64,000 nucleotides of DNA from Burkholderiales bacterium (GTDB lineage Bacteria; Pseudomonadota; Gammaproteobacteria; Burkholderiales; Ga0077523). Under the pieces are notes generated by a model that made no database searches, was not told the origin of the DNA, and saw nothing but the letters and a program-made list of their open reading frames with translations. Where the stretch lies: positions 2,024 to 66,023 of the forward strand of contig JAIESW010000053.1 in assembly GCA_019745565.1 (NCBI GenBank), in the 5' to 3' direction. The position numbers were made by a program, and so were the translations under genes. Position 1 is the first letter of the stretch; each line of letters begins with the position of its first letter. This document shows positions 35,996 to 45,458 of the stretch, piece by piece.

Positions 35996-36862
35996 TCAAG
36001 CAGCAACCCGTGGCGGCGGCTTGGACGTATCGGTCGGCGACCGTTCCAGCAGGATGTCCTGCATCCGGGTCTCGATCGCCCCTTTGATCTTCTGATGCGG
36101 CAGGATGTAGAAGCGCTCGTCGCGGATCGCCTCGAACACCCGATCGCCCACCTGTTCGGCGGTGATCCGGCCGGACGACACGGCCTTGCGCAGCAGTTCC
36201 TCGCGGGCGATCTCCTCCTCGGACCGGATGCGCTCGGGATTGCGCAGGTCGGCCGGCCGGTTGCGCTCCGAATCGGCGATCGCGGTGGGCACGTAGGCGG
36301 GGCACAGCACCGATGCCTTCACCTTGTCCGACTTCGATGCGAGATCGTGATGCAGGCATTCGGTCAGGGTGACGACGGCGTGCTTCGACACGCAGTAGAT
36401 CGCCATGCCGGGCGGTGAGATCAAACCGGCGACCGATGCGGTGTTGACGATGTGACCCTCTTCCCCGTGGGCCAGGATCGCGGGCACGAAGCTCCGGATC
36501 CCGTGGATCACGCCGTACACGTTGACGCCCAGACACCACTCCCAGTCGGCAACGGTGCTTTCCCAGGCGAGCCCGCCGGGTGCGACGCCGGCGTTGTTGC
36601 AGACCACGTGCACCTTGCCGAAGCGCTTCAGCGCAGCGTCGCGCAATGCGTCCACCTGATCCGCCTTCGATACATCGCAGCGCACGCCGATGGCCGTGTG
36701 CCCCGCTGCGGCAAACTCGGCGACCGTGCGATCGAGAGCGTCCTGCTGCACGTCGGCGAGCACGAGGCGCATGCCCTCGCGCGCGAAGCGCTGCGCCATG
36801 GCGCGGCCCAGGCCGCTGGCACCGCCGGTGACGACTGCCACCTTCCCCTGAAAGTCCTTCAT
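35996..36862 (-). CDS. Short-chain dehydrogenase/reductase
   Basis: Start MKDFQGKVAVVTGGASGLG. YCVSKHAV motif. Confidence 0.9.
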   Translation of the reverse strand: MKDFQGKVAVVTGGASGLGRAMAQRFAREGMRLVLADVQQDALDRTVAEFAAAGHTAIGVRCDVSKADQVDALRDAALKRFGKVHVVCNNAGVAPGGLAWESTVADWEWCLGVNVYGVIHGIRSFVPAILAHGEEGHIVNTASVAGLISPPGMAIYCVSKHAVVTLTECLHHDLASKSDKVKASVLCPAYVPTAIADSERNRPADLRNPERIRSEEEIAREELLRKAVSSGRITAEQVGDRVFEAIRDERFYILPHQKIKGAIETRMQDILLERSPTDTSKPPPRVAA

Positions 36863-36963
36863 CGCATCTCCCCGTGAAACGGCGCCGAAGTCTAGCACCG
36901 GCGCTCGTTCTCAAGCCTCGAGCCGCAGTGTATTCTGCCGCTCCACGTCGCGGGGAGCGGTAG

Positions 36964-38022
36964 ATGCACGAAGAGAACGTCGGCACGATGCCGGTTCAGG
37001 AGAAGCACCGGTTCGACGAAGCCGCGCTGGCCCGCTGGATGGCCGTTCACGTGGGGAGCTTCAGAGGCGAGCTCAAGGTGGAGCAGTTCAAGGGCGGACA
37101 GTCGAATCCGACCTTCGTGCTGACCGCCGGCGGCCAGCGCTATGTGCTGCGGCGCAAGCCGCCGGGCAAGCTGCTCCCGTCGGCCCACGCCGTGGATCGC
37201 GAGTACCGCATCATCACGGCGCTGCGGGATACCGGCGTGCCGGTCGCGAAGACCTATGCGCTGTGCACCGACGACGCCGTGATCGGCACGGCGTTCTACA
37301 TCATGGAGTACGTGCCCGGGCGGGTCCTGTGGGATCCGTCGCTGCCCGGAATGACGCGCGAGCAGCGTGCCGCCATCTTCGACGAACTGAACCGTGTGAT
37401 CGCGCTGCTGCACGGCGTGGACTACAACGCGGTCGGGCTCGGCGACTACGGCAAGCCCGGGAGCTACCTCGAACGGCAGATCGCGCGCTGGACCAAGCAG
37501 TACCGCGCCTCCGAGACCGAGCGTATCGAGGCGATGGAGAACCTGATCGAGTGGCTGCCGAAGAACATTCCACCGGGCGACGAGACCACGATCGTCCACG
37601 GTGACTATCGCCTCGACAACGTGATGTTCCACGCGACCGAACCGCGCATCGCTGCGGTGCTCGACTGGGAGCTTTCCACGCTGGGTCATCCGATCGCGGA
37701 CTTCGCCTACCATTGCATGACATGGCGGCTCACACCGCAGGAGTTCCGCGGCATGCACGGTTTCGATTTCGCGGCGCTCGGCATCCCCTCCGAAGAGGAG
37801 TACGTCGCGATGTACTGCCGGCGTACCGGCCGGTCCGGCATCCCGAACTGGGACTTCTACGCTGCGTACAACATGTTCCGCCTCGCCGGCATCCTGCAGG
37901 GCATCATGGGGCGCGTGGTCGAGGGTACCGCGTCGAGCGCGCATGCGATCCAGCAGGGCAAGCGCGCGCGGCCCATGGCCGAAGCCGGGTGGCGACAAGT
38001 GGAAAAGATTCTGCGTGGTTGA
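36964..38022 (+). CDS. Phosphotransferase (APH/ACAD10-11 N-terminal-like kinase fold)
   Basis: HGDYRLDNVMF and VLDWELSTLGHP motifs. Confidence 0.85.
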   Translation: MHEENVGTMPVQEKHRFDEAALARWMAVHVGSFRGELKVEQFKGGQSNPTFVLTAGGQRYVLRRKPPGKLLPSAHAVDREYRIITALRDTGVPVAKTYALCTDDAVIGTAFYIMEYVPGRVLWDPSLPGMTREQRAAIFDELNRVIALLHGVDYNAVGLGDYGKPGSYLERQIARWTKQYRASETERIEAMENLIEWLPKNIPPGDETTIVHGDYRLDNVMFHATEPRIAAVLDWELSTLGHPIADFAYHCMTWRLTPQEFRGMHGFDFAALGIPSEEEYVAMYCRRTGRSGIPNWDFYAAYNMFRLAGILQGIMGRVVEGTASSAHAIQQGKRARPMAEAGWRQVEKILRG

Positions 38023-38044
38023 AAAGCAATGATTCACCGCGAAG

Positions 38045-38148
38045 GACAGGAAAGTAAGCGAAGGAAGGCAAGGACGGAACGGCGCTTCCAGCGAACTTTC
38101 GAAGATTCTCTTCGCTTTCCTTCGCGTCATTCGCGGTAAACGAGGTTC
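38045..38148. repeat. CGAAGG-rich inverted repeat (diverged relative of the CACGAAG family)
   Basis: accgcgaaggacaggaaagtaagcgaagg faces cttcgctttccttcgcgtcattcgcggt. Confidence 0.45.
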
Positions 38149-38153
38149 TCGAA

Positions 38154-39128
38154 ATGAAAGCAGTCCTCTGCAAGCATCTGGGCCCTCCCGACAAGCTCGT
38201 CGTCGAGGACATTCCGTCGCTGGTGCCGGCCAAGGGCCAGGTGGTGGTGTCGGTCAAGGCCGCCGGCGTCAATTTTCCGGACACGCTCATCATCCAGGGC
38301 AAGTATCAGTTCAAGCCGGAGGTGCCGTTCTCGCCGGGCGGTGAGGTGGCCGGTGTGGTCAAGGCAGTGGGCGAGGGTGTCAGCGGCTGGAAGCCGGGTG
38401 ACCGGGTCATCGCCGCGGCGACCTGGGGCGGCTTCGCCGAAGAGCTGCTCACCGATGCCGAACGGCTGATTCCGCTCGTCGACAAGATGGACTACGTGCC
38501 GGCCTCCGCCTTCATCCTGACCTACGGCACGTCGTATCACGCGCTCAAGGACCGCGCGCAACTCAAGCCGGGCGAGACGCTGCTGGTGCTTGGCGCCTCG
38601 GGCGGTGTCGGCCTGGCGGCGGTGCAGCTCGGCAAGGCCATGGGCGCGCGAGTCATCGCGGCCGCGTCGTCGGATTCGAAGCTGGAGGTGTGCCGGCAGA
38701 ACGGTGCGGACGATGTCATCAACTATGCATCCGACGATCTGCGCACCCGCGTCAAGGCGTTGACGGCGGGCAAGGGCGTGGACGTGATCTACGACCCGGT
38801 GGGTGGACCGTACTCCGAACCGGCATTGCGCGACATGGCCTGGAATGGCCGCTTCCTCGTGGTCGGGTTCGCCGCGGGCGACATTCCGAAGATCCCGCTG
38901 AACCTCGCGTTGCTGAAGGGCTGTTCCATCGTCGGCGTGTTCTGGGGTGCGTTCACGAAGAACGAGGTGGAGCGCAATCGCGCCAACAACGCCGAACTGA
39001 TGCAGATGTATCTCGACGGCAAGGTGAAGCCGCACATCCATGCGACCTATCCGCTCGAGCGCGTGACCGAGGCATTGAACGAAGTGATGAACAAGCGGGT
39101 GAGCGGCAAGGTCGTATTGGTGCCGTAG
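38154..39128 (+). CDS. NADPH:quinone oxidoreductase (zeta-crystallin/Qor-like MDR)
   Basis: GASGGVGLAAVQLGKAMGARV motif. 324 aa. Confidence 0.9.
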   Translation: MKAVLCKHLGPPDKLVVEDIPSLVPAKGQVVVSVKAAGVNFPDTLIIQGKYQFKPEVPFSPGGEVAGVVKAVGEGVSGWKPGDRVIAAATWGGFAEELLTDAERLIPLVDKMDYVPASAFILTYGTSYHALKDRAQLKPGETLLVLGASGGVGLAAVQLGKAMGARVIAAASSDSKLEVCRQNGADDVINYASDDLRTRVKALTAGKGVDVIYDPVGGPYSEPALRDMAWNGRFLVVGFAAGDIPKIPLNLALLKGCSIVGVFWGAFTKNEVERNRANNAELMQMYLDGKVKPHIHATYPLERVTEALNEVMNKRVSGKVVLVP

Positions 39129-39192
39129 CGTTGTCGTAGCTGCCGGCCCCCGACCGACAGCGCCATGTCCCATCCTCGAGGACAACACCGCC

Positions 39193-39978
39193 ATGTTGAG
39201 ACTCTACGAGCATCCGCTGTCCGCGTACGCGATGAAGGTGAAGATGGCCTTGAATGCGAAGGGTCTCCCCTTCGAGGCCCTGATACCGGACGGCATGTCG
39301 CAGGGCAAGGCTGCCGGCGAATTCGTCGACGCGAATTTCCGGGCGGAGGTCCCTACACTGATCGACGATGATGTGCAGGTATTCGACTCCACCATCATCC
39401 TCGAGTACCTGGAGGACAAATGGCCCGAGCCCAGGCTGCTGCCTGATGCCCCGGCCGAGCGGGCCCGCGTGCGCATGATCGAGGATGTCATGGACACGCA
39501 ATACGAGCCGAACAACTGGGGCACCATGGAAGTGACGCGATTCCGACGGGCGACTGGTCGACTGGCCGATCGGCTGGTGGCCTACGGTCGCGCCAACATC
39601 GAGCGGTATCAGCAATGGCTCGACCGGCAGCTGGAAGGGCGTCGCTGGTTCAACGGGACGAGCTTCGGTTGGGGTGACATCGCGGTGGCACCTTACCTCA
39701 ATCGCTCCGCGGGCTACGGCTACTTCCCGCAGCCTGGTCCCCGTCTCGCGGAATGGTTCGACCGGGTAAACCGCGAGCCGCCGGTGGCGAAGGTGCTCGA
39801 GCAGTTGAAGCAAACGATCGCTGCCCTGCCGGATCTGGCCGCGCTGCTGCAGGCCGGTCAGATCAAGCGCCAGTACCGCGACCATCGGCTGGAGTGGATG
39901 ATCGCCGGAGGTGGGATCTCGGTCGTGCAAGAGGGCATCGAGAAAGGGACCGTACGTTTCAGCCGCGACGTATCCTGA
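39193..39978 (+). CDS. Glutathione S-transferase family protein with about 50-aa C-terminal extension
   Basis: N-terminal thioredoxin-like part (EVPTLIDDDVQVFDSTIILEYLEDKWP). 261 aa total. Confidence 0.8.
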   Translation: MLRLYEHPLSAYAMKVKMALNAKGLPFEALIPDGMSQGKAAGEFVDANFRAEVPTLIDDDVQVFDSTIILEYLEDKWPEPRLLPDAPAERARVRMIEDVMDTQYEPNNWGTMEVTRFRRATGRLADRLVAYGRANIERYQQWLDRQLEGRRWFNGTSFGWGDIAVAPYLNRSAGYGYFPQPGPRLAEWFDRVNREPPVAKVLEQLKQTIAALPDLAALLQAGQIKRQYRDHRLEWMIAGGGISVVQEGIEKGTVRFSRDVS

Positions 39979-40006
39979 CCGAGCGTTCTTTCCAGCGGTA
40001 CGACGT

Positions 40007-40768
40007 TCAGCGGCATCGCTCCGGATCCGTCCGCCTCAGGATCCGCGCAAACGCTTGCAGCATCGCCGACGCCGGCGCTTCGAGGAGCGCTTGCATCTCA
40101 CCTGCTTCGACCACTCGACCCGCGTCCAGGACCACAACCTTCCGGCACAATCGCGCCGCTTCGAATGGGTCATGGGTCACGAGGATGAGGCCATGATCTC
40201 GTCGCTCCAGTCCGGCGGAGATATCGGCGCAGAGGGCTTCCCTGGTCACGATGTCGAGGCCGCCGAATGGTTCATCGAGAAGGAGCCAGCGTGGTCCGGC
40301 TGCGATGGCTCTGGCGAGCGCGACGCGTTGCTGCTGGCCGCCGGACAGCTCGCCGGGCATGCGCATGGCGAGCGGTGCTGCGCCGCACAGGCTGAGGGCG
40401 TGCAAAGCGCGTGCACGTGCGGCGGCGCGGTCCGAACGCCAGCCGCTCAGACCGAGCGCGACATTGTCGAGTGCAGACAGCATCGGCCAGAGTGCGAGGT
40501 CCTGGAAGACCATACCGATCGATCGATGCCGGGGTTCCACGAGGATCCGGTGCGCTTCGCTGACGGACCGCCCCGAGATCGCGATCCGGCCCTCGTCCGG
40601 CGGTTCGAGGCCCGCGATCAACCGCAGGAGTGTCGATTTGCCGCTGCCGGACGCTCCGATGACCGCCAGGCTCTCGTGCGGGTCCAGTTGCAGAGTAACG
40701 GTGTCGAGCACGACGCTGCCGTCGTAGGCGACGGTCGCTGCCTCCACGCGGATCCCTGCTTCGTTCAC
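40007..40768 (-). CDS. ABC transporter ATP-binding protein (Fe(III)/thiamine-type importer)
   Basis: GTG start overlaps the permease stop (GTGA). GASGSGKST, LSGGQQQR, LLLDEP. The long ORF-track version is an extension into the permease gene. Confidence 0.85.
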   Translation of the reverse strand: MNEAGIRVEAATVAYDGSVVLDTVTLQLDPHESLAVIGASGSGKSTLLRLIAGLEPPDEGRIAISGRSVSEAHRILVEPRHRSIGMVFQDLALWPMLSALDNVALGLSGWRSDRAAARARALHALSLCGAAPLAMRMPGELSGGQQQRVALARAIAAGPRWLLLDEPFGGLDIVTREALCADISAGLERRDHGLILVTHDPFEAARLCRKVVVLDAGRVVEAGEMQALLEAPASAMLQAFARILRRTDPERCR

Positions 40769-42312
40769 GGTCGCGCTCGGGCCGCGAGTGCTCGCAGCGC
40801 CCCGAGGACGAGAGCCGCGCTTCCGAGGTAGGCGACGCACAGGGCGGAAACGAGCGAGCCCGGCGCGTTGGCCATGACCGTGAAGATCGCCACTGGAAGG
40901 GAATCGGCTCCCGGAGGGCGCAGCATCAGGACGACGCCGGTCTCTGCCGTGGCCAGCATGGCAATGAGGGCCATCGACAATGCCGCGCTGCGCAAGATCC
41001 AGGGGCACAGGACATGCCGGACATGGGTGGTCAGGGAGACGCCATGCACTGCCGCAGCCTGCGCCCAGGATGGCGGCAATCTCGAGGCTGCAACAAGGCC
41101 CAGCAACAGCGCCACCGGGAGGAACCGCTCGCCCAGTATCCAGCAGACGGTTGCGCGACTGCGGAGCAGCCAGTCGAGTGCCGCCGGCGAGTCGGTACTC
41201 CACTGGACAGCGCCGAGGGCGAGCAGCGATGACGGCAGCGCGAGCAGTATCAGCGACGCGACCAACGCGCCGATGCGCAGCGTATCGGCACGGGCAACGA
41301 CGATCGCGATCGCGAACCCCACGACAGTCGATGCGACGCCGGCGCCCACGGCATAGATCAAGGTAGCGCTTGCCGTCCTGAGGACCTCATGGAACGTGCG
41401 GCCGACCGGGAATCCGTGCAGCAGAGGCAGCGCAAGGCCGATGACCGGTGGCACCAGTGTGATCATGACGACGCAGGTCGCTACGACCGGAATTGCTATG
41501 GGCATCGGCGCCATCGACCGTGCAACGCGAGGCATCGAGTCTCGGGCCAGCAGCGGCAGCGGACTCCGTGCAGCGAATGCCGCGAACAATGGGGCCGCGA
41601 CCGCCAGTCCTGCCGCGGTCAGCGCGAGGCACTGACGGGAGGCCAGGCCGAAGTCGTAGAACGCGGCGAAACTCACGAGGATCTCGCCCGCCGCGGTTCG
41701 GTATCCCAGTATCTGGCCGGGCCCCGGGTCATTGAGAGCGGCGAGTGCGGCCAACGCGGCGGCTGCAATTGCAGTCCACAAGGAGGCCTGTGCCGCGCAA
41801 CGCAACAGCAGCACTTCGCCGCCGGCGATGCGTGTGGCATTCATCTGTCCGCGAGTGATGAAGGAGGTAGACAGCAGCGTGGAGAAGAAGACCAGGGGAA
41901 AACCCGAAGCCGTGCCCACCATCAGGCCTGCGCTTGGCCCCGAAAGTACGCCTTCCGGCGACCACCCCAGTGCGGCCCGCAGCATCGCGAGCCCGATCGC
42001 CCAGAGGAAGGATGGGACGAGCAGAGGCAGTGCGAACAGGACCAGGAACAGGCCTCTGGCGGGAAATCGGTAGAGCCCGCATAGCAGTCCCAAGGGAAAT
42101 CCGATCAGCAGCGACGCGATCCCGACGGCCACGGCTACAGTCAGGCTGGTCGCCAGCGCATTGCCATACCCGATGCCGAGGTCGAATCCGGCCTCGATGA
42201 TCTCGGGCGATTTCACCATGGGGATCACTGCCAGCGCCACCGGCGCGAGCAGCATCAGCAATCCGATTGCACGCCAGCGCCCGGGCTGTTCCAGCACCAG
42301 GGGTGAGCTCAT
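40765..42312 (-). CDS. ABC transporter permease, fused double-domain (FbpB-like)
   Basis: 515 aa, about 12 hydrophobic spans in two similar halves. Confidence 0.85.
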   Translation of the reverse strand: MSSPLVLEQPGRWRAIGLLMLLAPVALAVIPMVKSPEIIEAGFDLGIGYGNALATSLTVAVAVGIASLLIGFPLGLLCGLYRFPARGLFLVLFALPLLVPSFLWAIGLAMLRAALGWSPEGVLSGPSAGLMVGTASGFPLVFFSTLLSTSFITRGQMNATRIAGGEVLLLRCAAQASLWTAIAAAALAALAALNDPGPGQILGYRTAAGEILVSFAAFYDFGLASRQCLALTAAGLAVAAPLFAAFAARSPLPLLARDSMPRVARSMAPMPIAIPVVATCVVMITLVPPVIGLALPLLHGFPVGRTFHEVLRTASATLIYAVGAGVASTVVGFAIAIVVARADTLRIGALVASLILLALPSSLLALGAVQWSTDSPAALDWLLRSRATVCWILGERFLPVALLLGLVAASRLPPSWAQAAAVHGVSLTTHVRHVLCPWILRSAALSMALIAMLATAETGVVLMLRPPGADSLPVAIFTVMANAPGSLVSALCVAYLGSAALVLGALRALAARARP

Positions 42313-43385
42313 CGCCGGGCCGAATCCACCCAGGCCTTCAGGAATCCGCGCGACAGCGTCTCGAGCTGGGACGCCAGCAGCGAATAGTCGAGCTTCATCG
42401 TCTTCAAAGTGCTCACGGGTACCATGCCGGGCGGCCCTGGAATGCCCGTGCGCAGCGGCAACTGCGCAGCGTCGCCCGACGCAAGGGCTGCCTCGGTCTC
42501 GGCGCTCAGCAGGAAATCGATGAAGCGACGTCCGCCCGGCGGGTTCGGACCGTCCTTGATGAGCACCGCCGCATTGGGAACCAGTACTGCGCCGATGCCA
42601 TCCTGATCCGGATAACTCACTTCGACGGGCAGGCCGTCGCGCACAGCCTCCGCGGCGTCATCGGTGTCGACCACGCCGAACCCACACTCGCCTGCGCCCA
42701 CGGCGCGCCGGACCTCTCCGTTGGACGACAGCACCCGGACACCGTTGTTGCGCATGCCCTCGAAGAAGTCGCGGGCCTTGGCGTCGCCCAGAGCCTGGAA
42801 CAAGGCTGCGGCGTGCATCGATGTCGTTCCGAACAACGGGTTGGCAATACAACCCCGATCGCGATACCTGGGGTCTGCCAGTTCCAGCACGGAGCGAGGC
42901 GTCCGGTCGGGCTGCATGCGCCGGGTGTTCACGAGCAGCACCCGCACCCGCGCCGAGAAACCCGTCCAATGGAACTGCGGATCCACGAAGGATGAGGGAA
43001 TCCCGGCCGCCTGCACCGAGCGGTAGGCCTCGGAGATGCCGCGCTGTTTCAGGATCGCGGCGCGCACCGGGTCGCCGCTCCAGAACACGTCGGCGCGCGG
43101 ACGCTTGCGCTCGGCCAGCAGCCGATTGAGCAGACCCGTGCTCTTGGTTTCCTCCGTGTCGGGAACCAACCGGATCGGAATCCCGGTCTGCTGCTCGAAA
43201 GCCCGAACGATCGGGCGCGCAAACACGTCGTCGACCGACGTATAGACCACTACCGGCTCGGCGGCACCGAGCGACGCCGACAGGAACGCCAGTGCAGCGG
43301 CAAACGCCGGCGCCATCGCGAACTTGCGGTGCGGCACCCCGGAGCGTCCTGCCCGTGGCAATCCGCGTTCAGGGATTCGGGCCAT
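42309..43385 (-). CDS. Fe(III)-type ABC transporter periplasmic binding protein
   Basis: Mature part EPVVVYTSVDDVFARPIVRAFEQQTGIPIRLV..., with signal peptide AFAAALAFLSASLGAA. Start uncertain (ATG 43385, GTG 43337 or ATG 43316). Confidence 0.75.
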   Translation of the reverse strand: MARIPERGLPRAGRSGVPHRKFAMAPAFAAALAFLSASLGAAEPVVVYTSVDDVFARPIVRAFEQQTGIPIRLVPDTEETKSTGLLNRLLAERKRPRADVFWSGDPVRAAILKQRGISEAYRSVQAAGIPSSFVDPQFHWTGFSARVRVLLVNTRRMQPDRTPRSVLELADPRYRDRGCIANPLFGTTSMHAAALFQALGDAKARDFFEGMRNNGVRVLSSNGEVRRAVGAGECGFGVVDTDDAAEAVRDGLPVEVSYPDQDGIGAVLVPNAAVLIKDGPNPPGGRRFIDFLLSAETEAALASGDAAQLPLRTGIPGPPGMVPVSTLKTMKLDYSLLASQLETLSRGFLKAWVDSARR

Positions 43386-44007
43386 AGGCGAAGTCGTCGA
43401 AGGAGGTGACGCTGTCTGCCTTGGTCCACAGTCCGACGGTGCCGGGAGCGGTGATGTGACCATCCTCGACCTCCAGCGCCTTTCGTCCGTCGAGAAAGAC
43501 CGAGTGCTTCGGCCCTCGGTACTCGACCCGCAGCGTGTGCCATTGGTTGCGAGCGACGTTGCCGCCGAAGGATCTGGCATCGACGTACCGGATCGTCTTG
43601 CGCGACCCGCGTTCCACGTAATAGATCGACACGTTGTCCTCGAGAGCATTGGCACGCGCGACGTAGTAACTGTCGCCGCTCTGGAACCGCCAGACGATGC
43701 CGCCCGCCTGATCTTCGCGCCCCGCCAGCGGTCGGAACCGGGTTTCGACGAAGCCGTCGAGTGCTTTGTAGCGTTCCAGCACGATCCAGGGAAATGCGCC
43801 GACCGCTGATTGCCGCAGCACGTTGGGTTTGCTGGGTGCGCTGTCGTCCGTGGCCACCATCCACCGCGCGCTTCCTGAGCCGGTGACGCCGGCGATCCAA
43901 CCCTCAGGTGTTCGCCCGGCGGCGTCCTGATCGAAAGTGATCATCTCCGCAGAGGCGCCCGAAGCCAGTATGGCCGCGAGTACGCAAGAGAAGAGCATCG
44001 TTCTCAT
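43369..44007 (-). CDS. Secreted LamG/DUF1080-like jelly-roll protein
   Basis: Signal peptide MRTMLFSCVLAAILASGASA. WHTLRVEYRG...VFLDG...GTVGLWTK pattern. The family call is tentative. Confidence 0.5.
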   Translation of the reverse strand: MRTMLFSCVLAAILASGASAEMITFDQDAAGRTPEGWIAGVTGSGSARWMVATDDSAPSKPNVLRQSAVGAFPWIVLERYKALDGFVETRFRPLAGREDQAGGIVWRFQSGDSYYVARANALEDNVSIYYVERGSRKTIRYVDARSFGGNVARNQWHTLRVEYRGPKHSVFLDGRKALEVEDGHITAPGTVGLWTKADSVTSFDDFAYGPNP

Positions 44008-44020
44008 GATCCTGTCCTTC

Positions 44021-44950
44021 TCAATCGAGTTTCTGCTGGTCCAGTGCCGAGCGGAGCGTTGCGGCTAGACTCGTCGTGGGGCCCCGCCCCCAGTAGTGGA
44101 GGAACAGCATGCGTGGCGTTTCGCCGGTCATGTGGTGGTGTATCGAGACCACATGGATGCCGCCGCGCCGCAGGGCCTTCAGCACCGGCTGCAATTCGCT
44201 CTCGAGCACGGCGAAGTCGCCGTCGACCACCGCATCGTCGTCGGCGCCCGCGAATGCGGCCCAGGTGTTCACGCCGAATTCCTTGCCGGCGGGGCATCCG
44301 CATTCCATGTTGATGCTGCGGCCGATGACGACCTTGACCATGCCGTCCTTGGCCTGGCCTTCGTATCCCAGACTCGTGCGGATGGGTTCGGATGTGATGC
44401 TGCTCGGCGATGGCAGCGGTGCCTCGTTGAAGGCAGCCTTCGGTACGGGGACACGGCGACGCAGGTCGTCGATCTTCCCGAGGGCCGAACGAATGGCTGG
44501 CGCCAGCGTTTCGATCGTCCCCTCGCCGCCGATGTGCATGAAATAGACTTTCGGGTCGTCGAAGAAGAAGTGGTTGTGGAGAGCGGTCACCGCTACGCCG
44601 CCTTCCATGAGGGCATCCATGACCAGGTCCACCTCATCCTGGAAGACCACGATGTCGCCCGCGAGCATGACTTCGGTGCGTCCCCCCGGAGCGAATGCCG
44701 CCCAAGTGGTGAGGCCCATGAAGGGAGGCAGCATCGAGCCGTCCACGCGTACCGGAATGTCCGTCCGCGGCCGCGTGAACTTGTAAACCGATTCGGCTGC
44801 GATGTACGAGCCTTTCATGCCGATCAGGGGCTCGACGGCGGCCAATGTGGTCTCGGGAGCGGCGTCTGCGAGCGGGGCGGCGGCAGCGATGCACGCGCTC
44901 CAGCCGATCGCGAGACCGACGAGACAGTGTAGAGAGCGGAAAGCACGCAT
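44021..44950 (-). CDS. Secreted DUF1259 (LpqO/LppY-like) two-repeat protein
   Basis: Signal peptide. Internal duplication GGVAVTALHNHFFFDDPKVYFMHIGGEG / GGIHVVSIHHHMTGETPRMLFLHYWGRG. Confidence 0.6.
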   Translation of the reverse strand: MRAFRSLHCLVGLAIGWSACIAAAAPLADAAPETTLAAVEPLIGMKGSYIAAESVYKFTRPRTDIPVRVDGSMLPPFMGLTTWAAFAPGGRTEVMLAGDIVVFQDEVDLVMDALMEGGVAVTALHNHFFFDDPKVYFMHIGGEGTIETLAPAIRSALGKIDDLRRRVPVPKAAFNEAPLPSPSSITSEPIRTSLGYEGQAKDGMVKVVIGRSINMECGCPAGKEFGVNTWAAFAGADDDAVVDGDFAVLESELQPVLKALRRGGIHVVSIHHHMTGETPRMLFLHYWGRGPTTSLAATLRSALDQQKLD

Positions 44951-44962
44951 GATCCGGATCCT

Positions 44963-45427
44963 TCAGGTACGTTGCTGCGATGTCGGCGGCCAGCCGTGCG
45001 TTTCGTCCTGCAGTTCACGGCACCAGGCATACAGCGCGTCGTAGACGATCAGTCCGACGCGCAGCATCTCGTGGTCGTCGGGGAAAGTGCGCGACAGTCC
45101 GAGGGAGATGGCGAGCAGGCCCGCGCACTGCGGTGCCAGGTCGGGGCGTCCCGTGTCGGCACCGCGAACGATGAGGGCGAGTCTCTGCAGTGCCGGATCG
45201 TCCAGGTGGTACTTGCCGAGGAACGCATCGAAACTGCACATCTCGCCCTCATGACTCAGTTCGACGCCGGGAATGTCGTAGGGAATCGCAGCACTCGATT
45301 GCGCCTGCTCCAATACCTCGCCCGCGGGCACGAACAGGAACTCGGGGGCTGCGTCGATGAAGCGCGCCACCAGCCAGGGACAGGCGATGCGATCGATCTT
45401 GGGTCGTTCCCGGGTGATCCAGCGCAT
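44963..45427 (-). CDS. Stand-alone ChrB C-terminal (Chrome_Resist) domain protein
   Basis: MRWITRERPKIDRIACPWLVARFID... aligns by eye to the C-terminal half of the full-length ChrB at 47532-48488 (RRRPWVDRIASAWLIKRFID). Confidence 0.75.
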   Translation of the reverse strand: MRWITRERPKIDRIACPWLVARFIDAAPEFLFVPAGEVLEQAQSSAAIPYDIPGVELSHEGEMCSFDAFLGKYHLDDPALQRLALIVRGADTGRPDLAPQCAGLLAISLGLSRTFPDDHEMLRVGLIVYDALYAWCRELQDETHGWPPTSQQRT

Positions 45428-45458
45428 GGCGTGTCTCCTGGCTAGGTGGTCTGCGAAA

